Origin: Lytechinus pictus
Taxonomy: Eukaryota
Direction of reading: 5' to 3'
Length of the DNA stretch: 60,000 nucleotides
Assembly (NCBI RefSeq): GCF_037042905.1
Contig: NC_087245.1
Location: forward strand, 39,682,001 to 39,742,000
Under the pieces are notes generated by a model. The model saw only the letters and a program-made list of their open reading frames with translations, was not told the DNA's origin and did no database searches. The translations under genes were made by a program, and so were the position numbers. This document shows positions 11,671 to 24,476 of the stretch, piece after piece. Position 1 is the stretch's first letter. Each line of letters starts with the position of its first letter.

Positions 11671-12269
11671 GTTCGGAGTTTCATTCTGCGCATGATCAGA
11701 AGGTCACTTGTTAAAAAAAGTGATTTAATATTCGATGACATAAGCGCTGATGTCTTGATTATTCATATATTCCTTTGAATTTGATTTTTTATTAGCTCCA
11801 CAAAAAACAACAATGCATCTACTAGCGACGGGTATTTCACAGTTGGCCAAGTGCATTGTTATAACAACATGCTAATGCATTCAAAGTAGAAAAAAAAAAC
11901 CTTTATCATGTTCATTCATTGGTGTGTATTCTAGTCACCTGGGCCCCATCTTACAAAGAGTTACGATTGATCCAATCAATCGTAACTCTATGGAAATCCA
12001 CCAGTGTCATAATTCTTTCTACTGGAAATTTGCAAAATGACAGCGGCTTTGTAAACAAAGGAGATCACCAAATTGTCCAGAAATCAATTAATTTATGGAT
12101 ATACATTCATATCTAGAATTTTTTTTTTAAATAAACATGTATTTTATATGTTGACTTTGCTGACTTTCCATTGTTGCGATTGATTGGATCAATCGTAACT
12201 CTTTGTACAACGGGGCCCAGGTCTATTCAATTACTGCATCCTGCCATGTATAAGACATGCTTACATAAT
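11671..12269 (+). repeat. Direct repeat copy A (paired with 14718-15068)
   Basis: Shared collinear blocks: TCTGCGCATGATCAGAAG, CCACAAAAAACAACAATGC, GGTATTTCACAGTT, TTCATTGGTGTG..TTCTAGT.ACCTGG, GCTTAC.TAAT. Confidence 0.8.
11937..12222. mobile_element. MITE, Harbinger-like
   Basis: ACCTGGGCCCCATCTTACAAAGAGTTACGATTGATCCAATCAATCG ... CGATTGATTGGATCAATCGTAACTCTTTGTACAACGGGGCCCAGGT. It is absent from the paralogous site at about 15020. Confidence 0.85.
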
Positions 12270-12911
12270 CATGATAATAGTTGCCTTGAATTCGTACTTT
12301 AACTTGTATGGCGTAGGCCAAAATTATTCTCAGCTTCCACAAGGATGCCAGAGTATGACACCCCCGGTCAATGTATTGAAATGATTTTCTAATTGGTTAA
12401 TGATCATATAATTATAATTATGTTTAGAATTAATTGGACTCATATAATTCATAAAAGAACTCATTTCAATCATAATCTCATGATGAAGCGGATATAACAT
12501 TTGCAATAAAACCAATGTGTAGGAATTTGATTTATTTCATATTAATTTCATTTCATCATGGAAGTAGAAAGTAGTTTATGAATGAAAATTAGCCAATTGA
12601 AGCATTTTGACATCATTTAAAGATAAAATCGCGCATTAACATTATAGTATTACACTTTTGATGAATAAAATATATTTTCTATCTTGAAAAGTGGGAGGAT
12701 AGTACAGCCCCCCCCCCCCCTCCCCGGGGCTTACGCCCGTGGCCGGAAAGATGTGAGAATGGCTCGAACCTCGAACCCCTGCATCATTGTAAAGGCCTGG
12801 TCCCACTGGCCGACGGACACAAAACGTACTCATAATGGATATAGCGGACAAGCAAAATTTCGGGGTGGCTCCATCCGTTTTCATCGTCCAGATAATGGAC
12901 AAAATGGGCGA

Positions 12912-14299
12912 CAGTGGCGTAGCTATGGGGGGCCTGGGGGCACGTGCCCCCCTGAGATTTGGTATGCCCCCCCCCCCCCCCAGGTGCCCCCCTAAAAAAA
13001 ATTGGCAGAGCAAAAAAAAGGGAGAAAGAAGAAAAGAAAAAAGGAAAAGGAGAAAGACAGAAGAAAAAAGAAGAAGAAAATAAGAGGAGGAAAACGAGTG
13101 AATAAAATAATGTGAGGGGAAGACTTGCAAAAGAGAACCAAAAAATCTTTCATGTTACTATATAAAATTTTTGCTTGCGCTTCGCGCCAGAATTGCCTGT
13201 TCGATGAGATTCATATCTTGCTCAATAGGCTGATATGGAGCAAGTTTTGAAGTCAATATTCAAAACGTATTTTAGCTCGGACATCGAGCTTTCATTATTT
13301 TTTTCCTTTACAAATTTAAGTGCTCTGTAAAATGTCCATTTTATGGTCAACATATCAGCATTTTAAGCTCACGATGCGTGATCACATTGTTTGATTTGCC
13401 AAGTTCCTATTGTCTACGTGTATTCCATAAAGTTCCATTTGATAAATAAATGTATTCAGAATGCGCAGATTCTAGGTCTAAATCTAAAACATGCGCGATA
13501 GCCTGCATGTTCTTTATTTAAAATGTACTTAAATTATCCATTTTCACATCAGAATATCAACAATTGTCCGCTCACGCTTCACGATCGCATCATTAATGAT
13601 ACCCAATTAACTATATCCTATTTATGATTTACAAAACATGAATAGAGTGTCCCGCTTTTAAGTCTAAAATCTCAATTTTCTTCCTTTCGCGCCTCGCGCT
13701 CGCATCAATTGTTTAGTTACAGACCCATTTATTAATACAAAAAGTGCTTAGAATGACAATTTTTTTTAGGTCGGAATGTAAAAAAAAAATTGCTCGCGCT
13801 TCGCGCTCCCATTATCATGATTATTTAAATATATACCGTCTTCGTGGGTAACTGTAAGCAGTCCTTAACAGGTCCCTTTTCGATAATGCTGGAATAGTTA
13901 ATAAAAATTTCTGCTCGCGCTTGGCGTTCGCGGTAATCATCTAGTTACATACAAAATTTGTTCAGGATCATACATAACATTGCCCAGAATATTAAATTTT
14001 CAGCACAAAATACATGAAAGTAAAATAAAAAAATCGCTCGTGCTTCGCGCTCGCACTTTTTATAAGGCTTATGAGATTGTTTAATGTTTATGGTGTTTTA
14101 TAAGAATAAAACTAAGTAGTGACTGATCGGGGAAAATATAGGTGAAGATAATTTCGGGCCCCGACCCCTATTGGCGAAAGTCGGATCCGCCCTTGTGACA
14201 CATACACACACACCGGAAAAAATGGTGCACCCCCTGAAAAAGCAAGGACCCCCCAGTACCCCCCCCCCCCCCAGGAAAAAAATCCTAGCTACGCCACTG
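12912..14299. mobile_element. Non-autonomous hAT-like element
   Basis: TIR CAGTGGCGTAGCTA...TAGCTACGCCACTG, 8-bp TSD ATGGGCGA/ATGGGTGA (1 mismatch), and internal GCGCTTCGCGCTCGC subrepeats. Confidence 0.85.
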
Positions 14300-14319
14300 A
14301 TGGGTGAGCAACGAAATCA

Positions 14320-14470
14320 CATTTATTTATTTATTTCAAAATATTTATTCAGGATAAAAACATGTATCAGCACAATGGCTGTTTTACATCATGGTCCTGA
14401 AGGACAAAATACAATCAGTAAAATAAATTCAATAATCATGAATATTAATATAGTAGCAACAAAGCGAATA
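14320..14470 (-). mobile_element. Probable LINE 3' end fragment
   Basis: The minus strand reads TCAGGACCATGATGTAAAACAGCC..GCTGATACATG..ATCCTGAATAAAT followed by (AAAT)n. Confidence 0.4.
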
Positions 14471-14717
14471 TAAGATACAAACAAACAATGTAGCAAAAAT
14501 TAAGAGTACGACAAAAGTTTAAATCAAGAGAAGGGTGACACGTCGAGTTTGGATGATCACATGTTCGATGGATATAGAGCGTCTGAATGCACGTATCCAA
14601 AGAGTACACAACGGATGAATAACGTTTTACAACGGATGGCAAGATTCTCTTCCGTTTTACATTCTGTAGAGGGACCAAGCCTTTACTTCCCCAACGTAAT
14701 GTAGCTTGGATAAGCTA

Positions 14718-15068
14718 GTTCGTAGTTCCACTCTGCGCATGATCAGAAGATTCTGCGCTTGATCAGAGGAAGGGAATTGGTACTAAACTGACATGGTGGT
14801 TTAAAATTTAATGAGATAAGCACCAACTTTGATATCTTTATTCATATATATATTCTTTTGCATTGTGTTTTTCACTTGTATCCACAAAAAACAACAATGC
14901 GTCCACGAACGACTGGTATTTCACAGTTTGCCAAGTACATTGTACAACATGCTATAAAATGCATTTAAAAATGTAACAATACCTTCATAGAGTGTTCATT
15001 GGTGTGCTTTTCTAGTTACCTGGCTTATTCAATTTCTTCATACTGCTATGTAAGGCACGCTTACGTAA
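14718..15068 (+). repeat. Direct repeat copy B (empty site for the 11937 MITE)
   Basis: Collinear with 11671-12269 but lacks the roughly 280-bp insertion. Confidence 0.8.
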
Positions 15069-15228
15069 TATCTTGCTTTGAAATCTGCCTATCATAATGA
15101 AAGAAATGAAAGGTAATTTGACCAAAATTGTCCATGAAGTAACTACGAACTGGTCTCTTACAGGCACACTAGCGAACAGATGCATGGGTGTTTCAATTAG
15201 CCGTTCGTAAAGTTACGCGCGACTCTTA

Positions 15229-18200
15229 TAGACGGGTCAATATATGGTTTGACCCGGAACAAATTGCAACAAATGATTTTTCAGCTGTATTTTGTACTAT
15301 TTGACCTCAGGAATAACATACTAAAAATCTACCAAAATCCGCATCCGGGAAAGTGGTTATTTTCAAGATGGCGTCCAAGATGGCCGCCATTCACTAATAA
15401 TGGATATAACTCACTCATTATCCACCCTAGAATCCTATTTGGGTTCATAATCCATGGTCCAATGGGTAAAATAATTTATTTATACAAGTTAGAGTGAATA
15501 TTAGCACTCCAGGGTACCAGGAAAATCCAAGATGGCGCCCAAAATGGCTGCCGTAATCTAAAAAATCTTCAATTCATCTATCACTTAAGTGGCTTTAATT
15601 TGGTTTCCATTCGATTGTTTTAATGATGAAGTAGAACGTCGGGACAAGTTACAAGGACAGCCAGTGGTCTGGTGTGTCCAAAAATACAAGATGGCTTCCA
15701 AAAATTGAGTTTAAAATGGCTGTTAATCCTTAAAATGGACATAGCTCATATCAAATCCACCTGAGAGATATGATTTTGGGGTCTAGTCCATGGTTTCAAT
15801 GGTCAAATAATACATTGGGACAAGTTACAAGGACAGTCAGTGGTCCGGTATGTTAAAAAATCCAAGATGGCTTCAAAAAATGGAGTAAAAAAATGCTGTT
15901 GCTACTTAAAAAAAACCCAACATAGTTTGTTCAATATTCGCGGGAATATGATTTTTTGTGTCTATACCATGGTTAAATGGGTCAAATAATAAATTGGGAT
16001 AAATTACAAGGACGATTGGTGGTCAAGTATGTCCAAAAGTCCACGGTGGCTTAAAAAATAGTATCAATTAGCCGCGATGGTATTTAAAAATGGACATAGT
16101 TCATGTTTTATTCGTCAAGGGCATATGATTTTTTTGCCTATATCATGGTTTCAAAAGCAGAAAATTAGTTACAAGGACAGTCAGTGGTCCAGTATGTCGA
16201 ACATCTAAGAAAGCTTCCAAAAATCGGAGTCTAAAATGACTGCTGTTACTTTAAAAATGGACATAGTTCATTTAAAATCCACCTAGGAGATATGATTTCG
16301 GTGTCCACACTATGGTTTCATGGTTAAAATAATACGTTTGGACTGGTTACATTGATATGCAGTTGTTCAATTCGCCTTAAACACAAGAGGGTTTTTTAAA
16401 AAGGAATTTAAAACGATTCATATCATTCAATAGTGGTCAGAGTTCTACAATATTCATCTGCAAGAAATAATGTTGGTGTCCAAATTGTGGTATGAAGGGT
16501 CAAATAATACATTCGGACAAGTAACAAGGACGGTTAGTACTCCATTTTGTCAAAGAATCCATGATGGATTCTAAAATTTCATCAAAATGGGTGCTGTTAC
16601 CAACTCATGAAACAATATGATTACTTGTCCCCATGCATTTAAGTGTAGGCACCAAGATTATTTCTAACAGGTAGATATTTTATGTAACAGTAGTCACTTT
16701 AGAACCCATTTTTAAGCCAACTTGGATTTTAAGGCAAAATGGATAGCTGCATATCATGTTAACCAGTCCCGAAGTATTGTTTGGCCCTTGAAACCCTAGT
16801 GTAGACACCAAAATAATATCCTCAAGGTGTATTCATAATGTTCTACATCCACTTTTAAGTAACAGCAGTCATTTAAGACCCCATTCTTAAAGCCATCTTT
16901 GATTTTTGGACATACCTGACACCTGACTGTCCTTTCAATTTAACCCAATGTATTGCTTGACCCTGTCAACTCTAGTATAGACAGCAAAATCATACCTCCA
17001 AGGTGTATTTATAATAAACTATGCATACTTTTAAGTAGCAACAGTCAATTTACACCCCATTTTTTTGAAGTAATATTGGATTGTTTTAACATACAGACAA
17101 CTGACGGGTCTTGTAACTTACCCTAGTGTATTACTTGACCCTTTTAAACCATGCTTTTAACACATCAGACATTTTTTTTACTCCATTTTTGGAAGCCATC
17201 TTGTAATTTTGGACATACTAGACCACTGACTGCCATTGTCTTGTCCTAATATATAATTTGACCATTGAAACCATAGTTAAGACACCGAAATCATATCTCA
17301 CAGGCGGATTTAAATGAGCTATGCCACTTTTATGTATCAACAGCCATTTTAGAATCAAGTTTTGGAAGACATATTAGATTTTTGGTCATACCAGACCACT
17401 GACTGGCCTTAAAACCTGTCCTAAAGTATTATTTTGGCCCTTAAACCAGTAGTTTAGACACCAAAATCGCATCTCCCATGCTGATATGAAATAAGCTATG
17501 TCCGCTTTAAGTAGCAGCAGTCAATTTAGAATCAATTTTTGGGAGCCAACTTAGATTTTTTTGACCGACCAGGCCACTGACTGTCCTTATAACTTGCCCA
17601 AATGTATTAATTGATCCTTGAAACTAGTGGTTTAGACACCAAAATCACATTTCCAGGCCGATATGAAAGGAGCTTTGTCCGCTTTAAGTATCAGCAGCAT
17701 ATTCTAAGACCAATTTATGGACGCCATCTTCGATTTTTGGACATACCAGACCATTGACTGTCCTAGTAACTTATCCTAATATATTATTTGACCCTTGAAA
17801 CCAGTGGTTTAGACATCAAAATCACATATCCCAGGCCAAAATGAAATGAGCTTTGTCCGCTCTAAGTATTAGCAGCCATTTCAGAATCAATATTTAGAAT
17901 CCATCGAGGATTTTTGCACATACCCAGACAACTGACTTTCCTTGTAACTTGTCCCAATGTATTATTTGAACCATTTAACCATGGTATAGACACAAAAATC
18001 ATATTTCTGGACATTGAGCAAACTATGGGTTTTTTTTTAAGGAGCAACAGCAATTTTCGACTCCATTTTTGGAAGCCATCTTGGATTTTTGAACATACTG
18101 GACCATTGACTGTCCTTGTAACTTGTCCCAATGTCTTATTTGACCATGGAAATCATGGTCTAGACACCAAAATCATTATGTCCCAGGCGGATATGAAATG

Positions 18201-18708
18201 AACTATGTCCATTTTAATTATCAACAGCAATTTTAAACTCCATTTTTGGAAGCTATCTTGGATTTTTGGACACACCAGACCACTGGCTGTCCTTGTAACT
18301 TGTTTCAATGTACTATTTCACCCTCAAAACCATTGAATAAAAAAACAAATTTAGATGAATTGTGGATTTTCAGCCTACGGCAGCCATTTTGGGCGCCATC
18401 TTGGATTTGCCTGGTACACTGGAGGACTTATAATGCATTCTAGCCTAAATTAATTTTTGGACCCCCAGACCATGGAATATGAACCGAAATAGGATTCTAG
18501 GGTGGATAATGTGTCAGTTGTATCCATTTTCAGTGAATGGCGGCCATCTTGGACGCCATCTTGAAAATAACCACTTTCCCGGATGCGGATTTTGGTAGAT
18601 TTTTAGTATGTTATTCCTGAGGTCAAATAGTACAAAATACCGTTGAAAAATCATTTGTTGCAATTTGTTCCGGGTAAGGCTATTTTTTGTCGTATATTGA
18701 CCCGTCTA
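15229..18708. mobile_element. 3.5-kb non-autonomous foldback transposon, Academ-like
   Basis: TTA|TAGACGGGTCAATATA...TATATTGACCCGTCTA|TTA. The terminal roughly 200 bp are near-identical inverted arms, with internal subrepeats of about 177 bp in mirror orientation. No transposase ORF. Confidence 0.85.
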
Positions 18709-18711
18709 TTA

Positions 18712-18871
18712 TACCTCGGTCACATTTGCTCTACGGCGGCCGTACGGCGAGTCGAAAACAGCCGTTTAGCATTTTTGTACCAACCAGCTACACATAGGTG
18801 GTTTGAAATAAAACTAATAAAACGGCTGTTTTCGACTCGCCGTACGGCCGCCGTATAATGTGACCGAGGTA
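18712..18871. mobile_element. Palindromic MITE, TWA target (PIF/Harbinger-like), copy 1
   Basis: TTA|TACCTCGGTCACATT...AATGTGACCGAGGTA|TTA. A near-identical copy lies at 51202-51366. Confidence 0.9.
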
Positions 18872-19482
18872 TTACGCACAACAGGAACCCGTTTTCACGG
18901 CTAAGTCAGCTACAGATAGATCAGTTGGCGCAAGAAGGATCACCAGTCGTTCGTTAAGCACGAAGTTTTTACGAAACACCCAACAGGTTTATAAAACACC
19001 TTCAAAGGCCCCATCGCATGTAACTATGATGTATGGCTATATATATCTGTTCCGCTGCCAAATAACCATAAGTTTCCACGTAGTTACTATCAATATAAAT
19101 TGCAATACTTCAATAGGGCTTAAACTCTTCAAGTCCAAGTCAAAAGCGGTATATTTCTGGAAACAGGGTCAAACAGAATGTCTTGTTGGCCAATTTATTA
19201 TTTTTTTTCTTTTCATATTGCTCGTGGTGAAAATCGTCGTTGACGGGATGTATATGCCACCACCCCCTAACTCGAAGAAAAAAAATCAGATAGAAATTAT
19301 GTTTAATAAGGGATCCACACATTGAAATATGAAACTGAGTGAAAAATGTTCACCCCTGCATGAGTTTCCGATCCTCTCTTTAGATTTGTTGAACATACCA
19401 TCCAAGACGCCCACCTGAGAAGAAATAAGGGTGCCCATCCGCAACCCTCTCTTAATATGTAATTCTCAAATGACAGGGTTAA

Positions 19483-20469
19483 CCCTATCTAGGCCGGGAT
19501 AGTTTGGGAGTTCATATGGTTCATATGTCTTTGGGACGTTTTGTTTTTCATTGTTTTTTCGATGAACTTTGTCGGGGACTCTTTAGAGATGACCCGGGGG
19601 CCACTTACATTGGCGAGTTGATACCATGTGCGACCAAAAAACACGTAAAATCATGTCTTTTTCAAGATAGGGCACGTTACGTACGTAACGTAATAAGGGT
19701 GTCAAAAACACTAAAATAATGTAATAATATAATAACGGGTATCTATTTTTTATAGGAAAGCTACGTGTTTAGGGTAAAATTTGCGAGGGTATAAAAAAAA
19801 TCAAGACTAAAATGTCTTATAAAGGATGTACTTTTTGCCCCAAGAGTCAACACTACGTGTTTAGAGTACGATTTGAGCGAGTGGGGCTGTACTAAACCCA
19901 ATGATGGAGGTAAAGGTAAAACCGACGACCGACGTCCGTGACATAACAATTGAAATATCGCTATACTTGTTTAGGGGTTCATTACAGGGAATACTTGCCA
20001 ATAGTATCGTTTTGTTTCCAATACTTGTTAAGGGTAGGGTTTCACACGCCAATACTTGTAAAGGGGGTGCATTTTTAGAGTATGGAAAATACGTGTTTAG
20101 GGTGCTTTTTGAGACCTCATGGTCGCGCATGGTATCCACTCGTCAAGCATAAAATAAATCCATTTAGACCAGCAAAACTAAAAATAATCATACATTTAAG
20201 ATTTTTTGTTTGAAAACACAATTTACATTGACGTTGTACACGAAATAACGGTGTGTTTTTTTAGTGAGTTTCGGTCTGACATGCACTTACGAAACGTTGC
20301 GTAAATTAGGAACCGTGCGTACCCAGGTTTCACAAATTTTGGTCTAAAAAAATATGCGCAAGACAAAAGTCAGCGAGCGACGCGGTCAAAAAAATTCGCG
20401 CGGCGGAAATATTGCGCAAATCGTTGAGGGGGTGGGGGCCTCCTAGCCCCCCCCCCGACCTAGATAGGG
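19483..20469. mobile_element. Non-autonomous piggyBac-like element
   Basis: TTAA|CCCTATCTAGGCCGGG...CCCGACCTAGATAGGG|TTAA. It probably carries a different repeat (CTACGTGTTTAGGG motif) at about 19740-20145. Confidence 0.8.
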
Positions 20470-20471
20470 TT

Positions 20472-20908
20472 AAACCCCAGTCACAATGTAAACACGGATC
20501 ATCAAAGATCCACACGGCAATGCCGGCATGATCCGGGGAGGTCCGGGATAGTTTTGCCCCGGATCGAGTATCGACGAACGTTGATGACGTCAGTACTACG
20601 CATCTACACACGTATCTACACGGATCATGCCGGCAGATCTCGAGCACGTCGTCTACATGGATCAGTTGACACGGCAGCTACATGGACCAACAGAGCAGCT
20701 ACATGGACTACGTACCCCGGATTACTCTGCCAAAACGGCAGTCATCGAATGACGACGAACGTTTTTTTACTCCCAAAAATTGCCGTGTTGGCCTTCCGAA
20801 CCTCCACGGACCTCCAAGGATGCCTAAACCATCTACACGGACCTCTCCCTGGTCCAACTCCGGATCTGATCCGGGGTGGTCCGGCGTCTACATGTAATTG
20901 GGGCTTTA
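20472..20908. mobile_element. GC-rich MITE
   Basis: Imperfect TIRs AAACCCCAGTCACAATGTAAAC / GTCTACATGTAATTGGGGCTTT and repeated ACACGGA motifs. Confidence 0.55.
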
Positions 20909-22016
20909 GGGAGAAAGGGATTTTTGTGATAAAAGACCGTTTAAACGTTTGCGTGGGCCATCAAAAAAGGCTATATGTGCAAGCTACACTATGGATCATC
21001 TTGTCATGTATCATCTTCGTGATTGAGACAGACGTGAATGCTATTCTCAGGCTTCTCTTGTTCAATGGTGTGTAAAGATCAAAAGCTTTGAAAGGGTCAG
21101 AGGAGGGTCAGGAGTCTGAGGATAGGAGAAAATATAATTCTATTTAACAAAAAAAAAGAACATCAATGTTCAAGTCAATAATCATCACATCCAAGAAGGC
21201 AGCGGGATTGGGGAAGGGGGTATTTGCCTTGAATTGTGAAAAACCAACATTTTTTCGCGAATCCACACAACCAAAGTGTGGACTGCCCCTTTCAATATCA
21301 ATTTGGAAAATAAAACAATGTAGGAGAACACCTTACAATGTATAGCTTGGTCGCAAATAGTTCTTATATATTTGCTAGCATTATACATTTTCACTTTTAG
21401 TTTGTTTTCTCAGGAATGGGAGGGGCATATTCCTGAAGAAAAAAAACAAAACTAAAAGTGCAAATGAATCTAACCAGTATATATACTACGCACCCGCACA
21501 CACATATCACATTTGAATCCACACACACACACACATATATTATATATACATGTACAACATGTATATATACTATATGTGTTTATACATTTAAATATACATA
21601 TATCAGAAATGCGAAACAAATGATATTCACGAGTAATGCAAGTTTGCAATGCCAACAAGTTCTTTATTCACTTTCCAAATTTTCGGTAGTCATCTACCTT
21701 CTTCGGGGAAGATTCGTGAATTCGTGAATATATATATATATATATATATACATGTATATATATGAAGTAGAATTTGACCTGGACAAACGATTAGCACGAT
21801 ACATAGTTGACCAGACGCGACGGAGGTCATACTAATTCCTCTTCCATGTCTTCTAATTGCCAACGCAGGCCTTTAAGGAGCATTTCATAAAAACAAAATG
21901 TCAGTGATTTTCACCGACGACAGTTATAAGCCACTGAAATAATCGCATCTGATTGGCTCAGAATAGTTTAGGCAGTGAGAATAACTGACTTTTTGCTTCA
22001 TGAAACACTCTCCTAC

Positions 22017-24476
22017 TAGTCCAGGATAGGCCCCATAGAAAATTGTTGATGGGGACAAAAGAAATAGAGTGAGTACTAAAATGCATATTACTGTAGTTTT
22101 TAGATAAGCGAGTGGAATACTGGCTAATAACAAAAATTTTTACGAAATATAAATGCAATTAATGTGATAAATGCTGTATTTTGACATTCAAAATGGCCGC
22201 CATAGGCCCATTATACATTATGTACAATGCTCTTGGAGAAATTAATTTTCACAAGAGTAAAAACTATAAAATATTTTATATGTTATGCAACTACAAGAAT
22301 ATTTATTAGGAGGCTGCACTCTACAAGCTCCGCTTTTTAGCAGCCTCCTCCATTTCCAACCTGATATGTAATAATCTTGAATATAATTTTTGTACAGGAA
22401 TACTTGAAATATGTTTTGTTATTTATATGTTAAAATGTACAAAATAAACTGTAATTGTTGAAAATGGAAATAAACGAAATGAAAATGCATGTAACTGTGA
22501 TCACCGAGTAAAATAATGTCTGAAAACATGTTTTCTATCGAAACATATCATTTCTTGCCATGCATGAGATAAATGGTGTATCGTAAATTCAAAATGGCCC
22601 ATATAGGCCATAACAGTATTATCTAAAATGTAAATGGGGACATGTAATTTTGTAAAAATTTGGATTTACTTGACTATGAAATCCATAAAATCATGTTGTA
22701 TGATAAAACATTATTTGAAAACATGATTTTAATGAAATATAGCATTTCTTCTGCCATGTTAGTGATAAATACTGTATTTTGACATTCAAAATAGCTGATA
22801 CAAGCCCTAACTAAATTATGTTATAATACATGCGTATAGGGAATCTACTTTTTACAAGAGTGAGAATCATAAAATGCATGTAACTGTGATGTATGAGTAA
22901 AAATATTGTCTTAAACATGATTTCTAAATAAATATTGGTCATGGAGGTAATAAATGCTGTACTTTGAAATTCAAAATGGCTGCCATAGGTCCTAAAAGTA
23001 TTATGTACATTGTAATTTGGGACATATAATTTTGACAGAATTTGGCTTTGCTTGACTAAAAGTATTGCATATAATTGTGATGTAAAAGTTAAATATTACC
23101 AAAACCATGGTTCCTAACGAGGTATATCATATCTGGATAAATGCTGCATTCTGAAATGGAAAAATGGCCGCCATGGACCCTTATTATAATATGTACAATT
23201 GAATGAGGACAGATAATTTTCACAAAAGGGCATATGGCGGCCATTTTGAATTTTGAAATATAACATTTACGACCTAAATTTTAGATGATATGATATATTT
23301 CGTTAGTAATCATGTTTTCAAACAATACTTTAATCATACAACGCCATTTAGTCAAGCAAAGCCAAAATTTGTTAAAATCATTTGTCCCCATTCACATTGT
23401 ACATAATACTGTTGGGGCCTGTAGCGGCCATTTTACTTTCAAAATACAGTATTTATCACCTACTTGGCAGAAGAAGTGATATTTCTTGTTAGAAATTATG
23501 CTTTCAGACAATATTTTACTCATAGATCACAATTACGTGCATTTATGGTGCTCACTCGTGTGAAAATGTATTTCCTAGTTCGCATTGTACGTAATACAAT
23601 CAATGTCTATGGCGGCCATTTTGAAAGTCAAAATACAGTATTAAACACAAACTTTAAACCTGAATGATATATTTCGTTAAAAATTATGTTTTTTTTAGAC
23701 AGTATCCCATTTATTCATCACAAATAAATGCATTTCAGTGCTCATATGCACTCTTTAATTTCTTTGGTCCTCTTTTTCATTGTACGTAATACTGTTAAGC
23801 CTTTGGTGGCCACTTTGAATATCAAAATACAGCATTTATCATATGCATGGCATATTGAATAATATATTTCGTTAGCAATTGTGTTTTTAGTCAGTATTCC
23901 ACTCGTTTCTCTTAATAATATGCATTTTAGTGCTCACTCTTGCGATTTTAGTTGGCCCCTTTGCCGAAGAACATGATACTATTGGGCCAGTGGCAGCTAT
24001 TTTGAATATTAAATACAACAATTTTTCCATACATGACATAGTAACTGATATCATGTTAGCATTGATGATTTTTATATATTACTTCGTCCATAGCTTGCAG
24101 GAGTAGTGATCATTTTTGTGAAAAATTAATTCTCCCAATTCATATTGTACATAATAGGGTATACAGAGGTCCGTGGCGGCCATTTTGAATATCAAGAAAT
24201 AAATATTTTGTCAAAAAATGTTTTTTCAGAGAGTATTTCACTCCTGCATCACAATTACATACATTTTATAGCCAATTTGCTGGCAATTTTATGATTTTCA
24301 TGGGTAATATGCATATTTTGGCGGCCATATTGGATTTTGCCAATCTGCGGAAAATGCTCAAGGTAACACGAGTGGCATCATTCAGATTCGTAATCAGCAC
24401 CCTCGAATTGACAAAAAACATCAAAAAATATTGTATATATGAAAAAACAAGGTTATGTCACTTCTATCCTGGACTA
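22017..24476. mobile_element. 2.5-kb non-autonomous Academ-like element with mirrored subrepeats
   Basis: TAC|TAGTCCAGGATAG...CTATCCTGGACTA|TAC (3-bp TSD). Units of about 190 bp containing TCAAAATGGCCGCC switch orientation near 23200. Confidence 0.8.
22270..22485 (+). mobile_element. LINE 3' UTR fragment inserted into the Academ-like element
   Basis: GGAGGCTGC...AAGCTCCGCTTTTTAGCAGCCTCC stem-loop followed by AATAAA. It lengthens one 190-bp unit by about 200 bp. Confidence 0.5.

Larger units (their letters stand above)
15186..18981. mobile_element. Short host MITE (GGGTGTTTC...GAAACACCC) split by two insertions
   Basis: Left part 15186-15228 and right part 18872-18981. It shares GAAGGATCACCAGTCGTTC with the 8743 and 31755 family. 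Confidence 0.6.

Noticed and set aside
11850..11881. miRNA seed-like matches (GTGCATTGT here; TAAGGCACGC at 15051; TGAAAGACATG near 36645)
   Set aside because: Similarity stops after the first 9-11 nt and there is no proper precursor hairpin.
15600..18330. Regularly spaced repeats resembling a CRISPR-like array
   Set aside because: The whole unit of about 177 bp is repeated with no unique spacers. The context is eukaryotic and there are no cas genes.
20554..21075. 173-aa ORF
   Set aside because: It has a non-ATG start, lies mostly in a GC-rich MITE and shows no recognisable domain.
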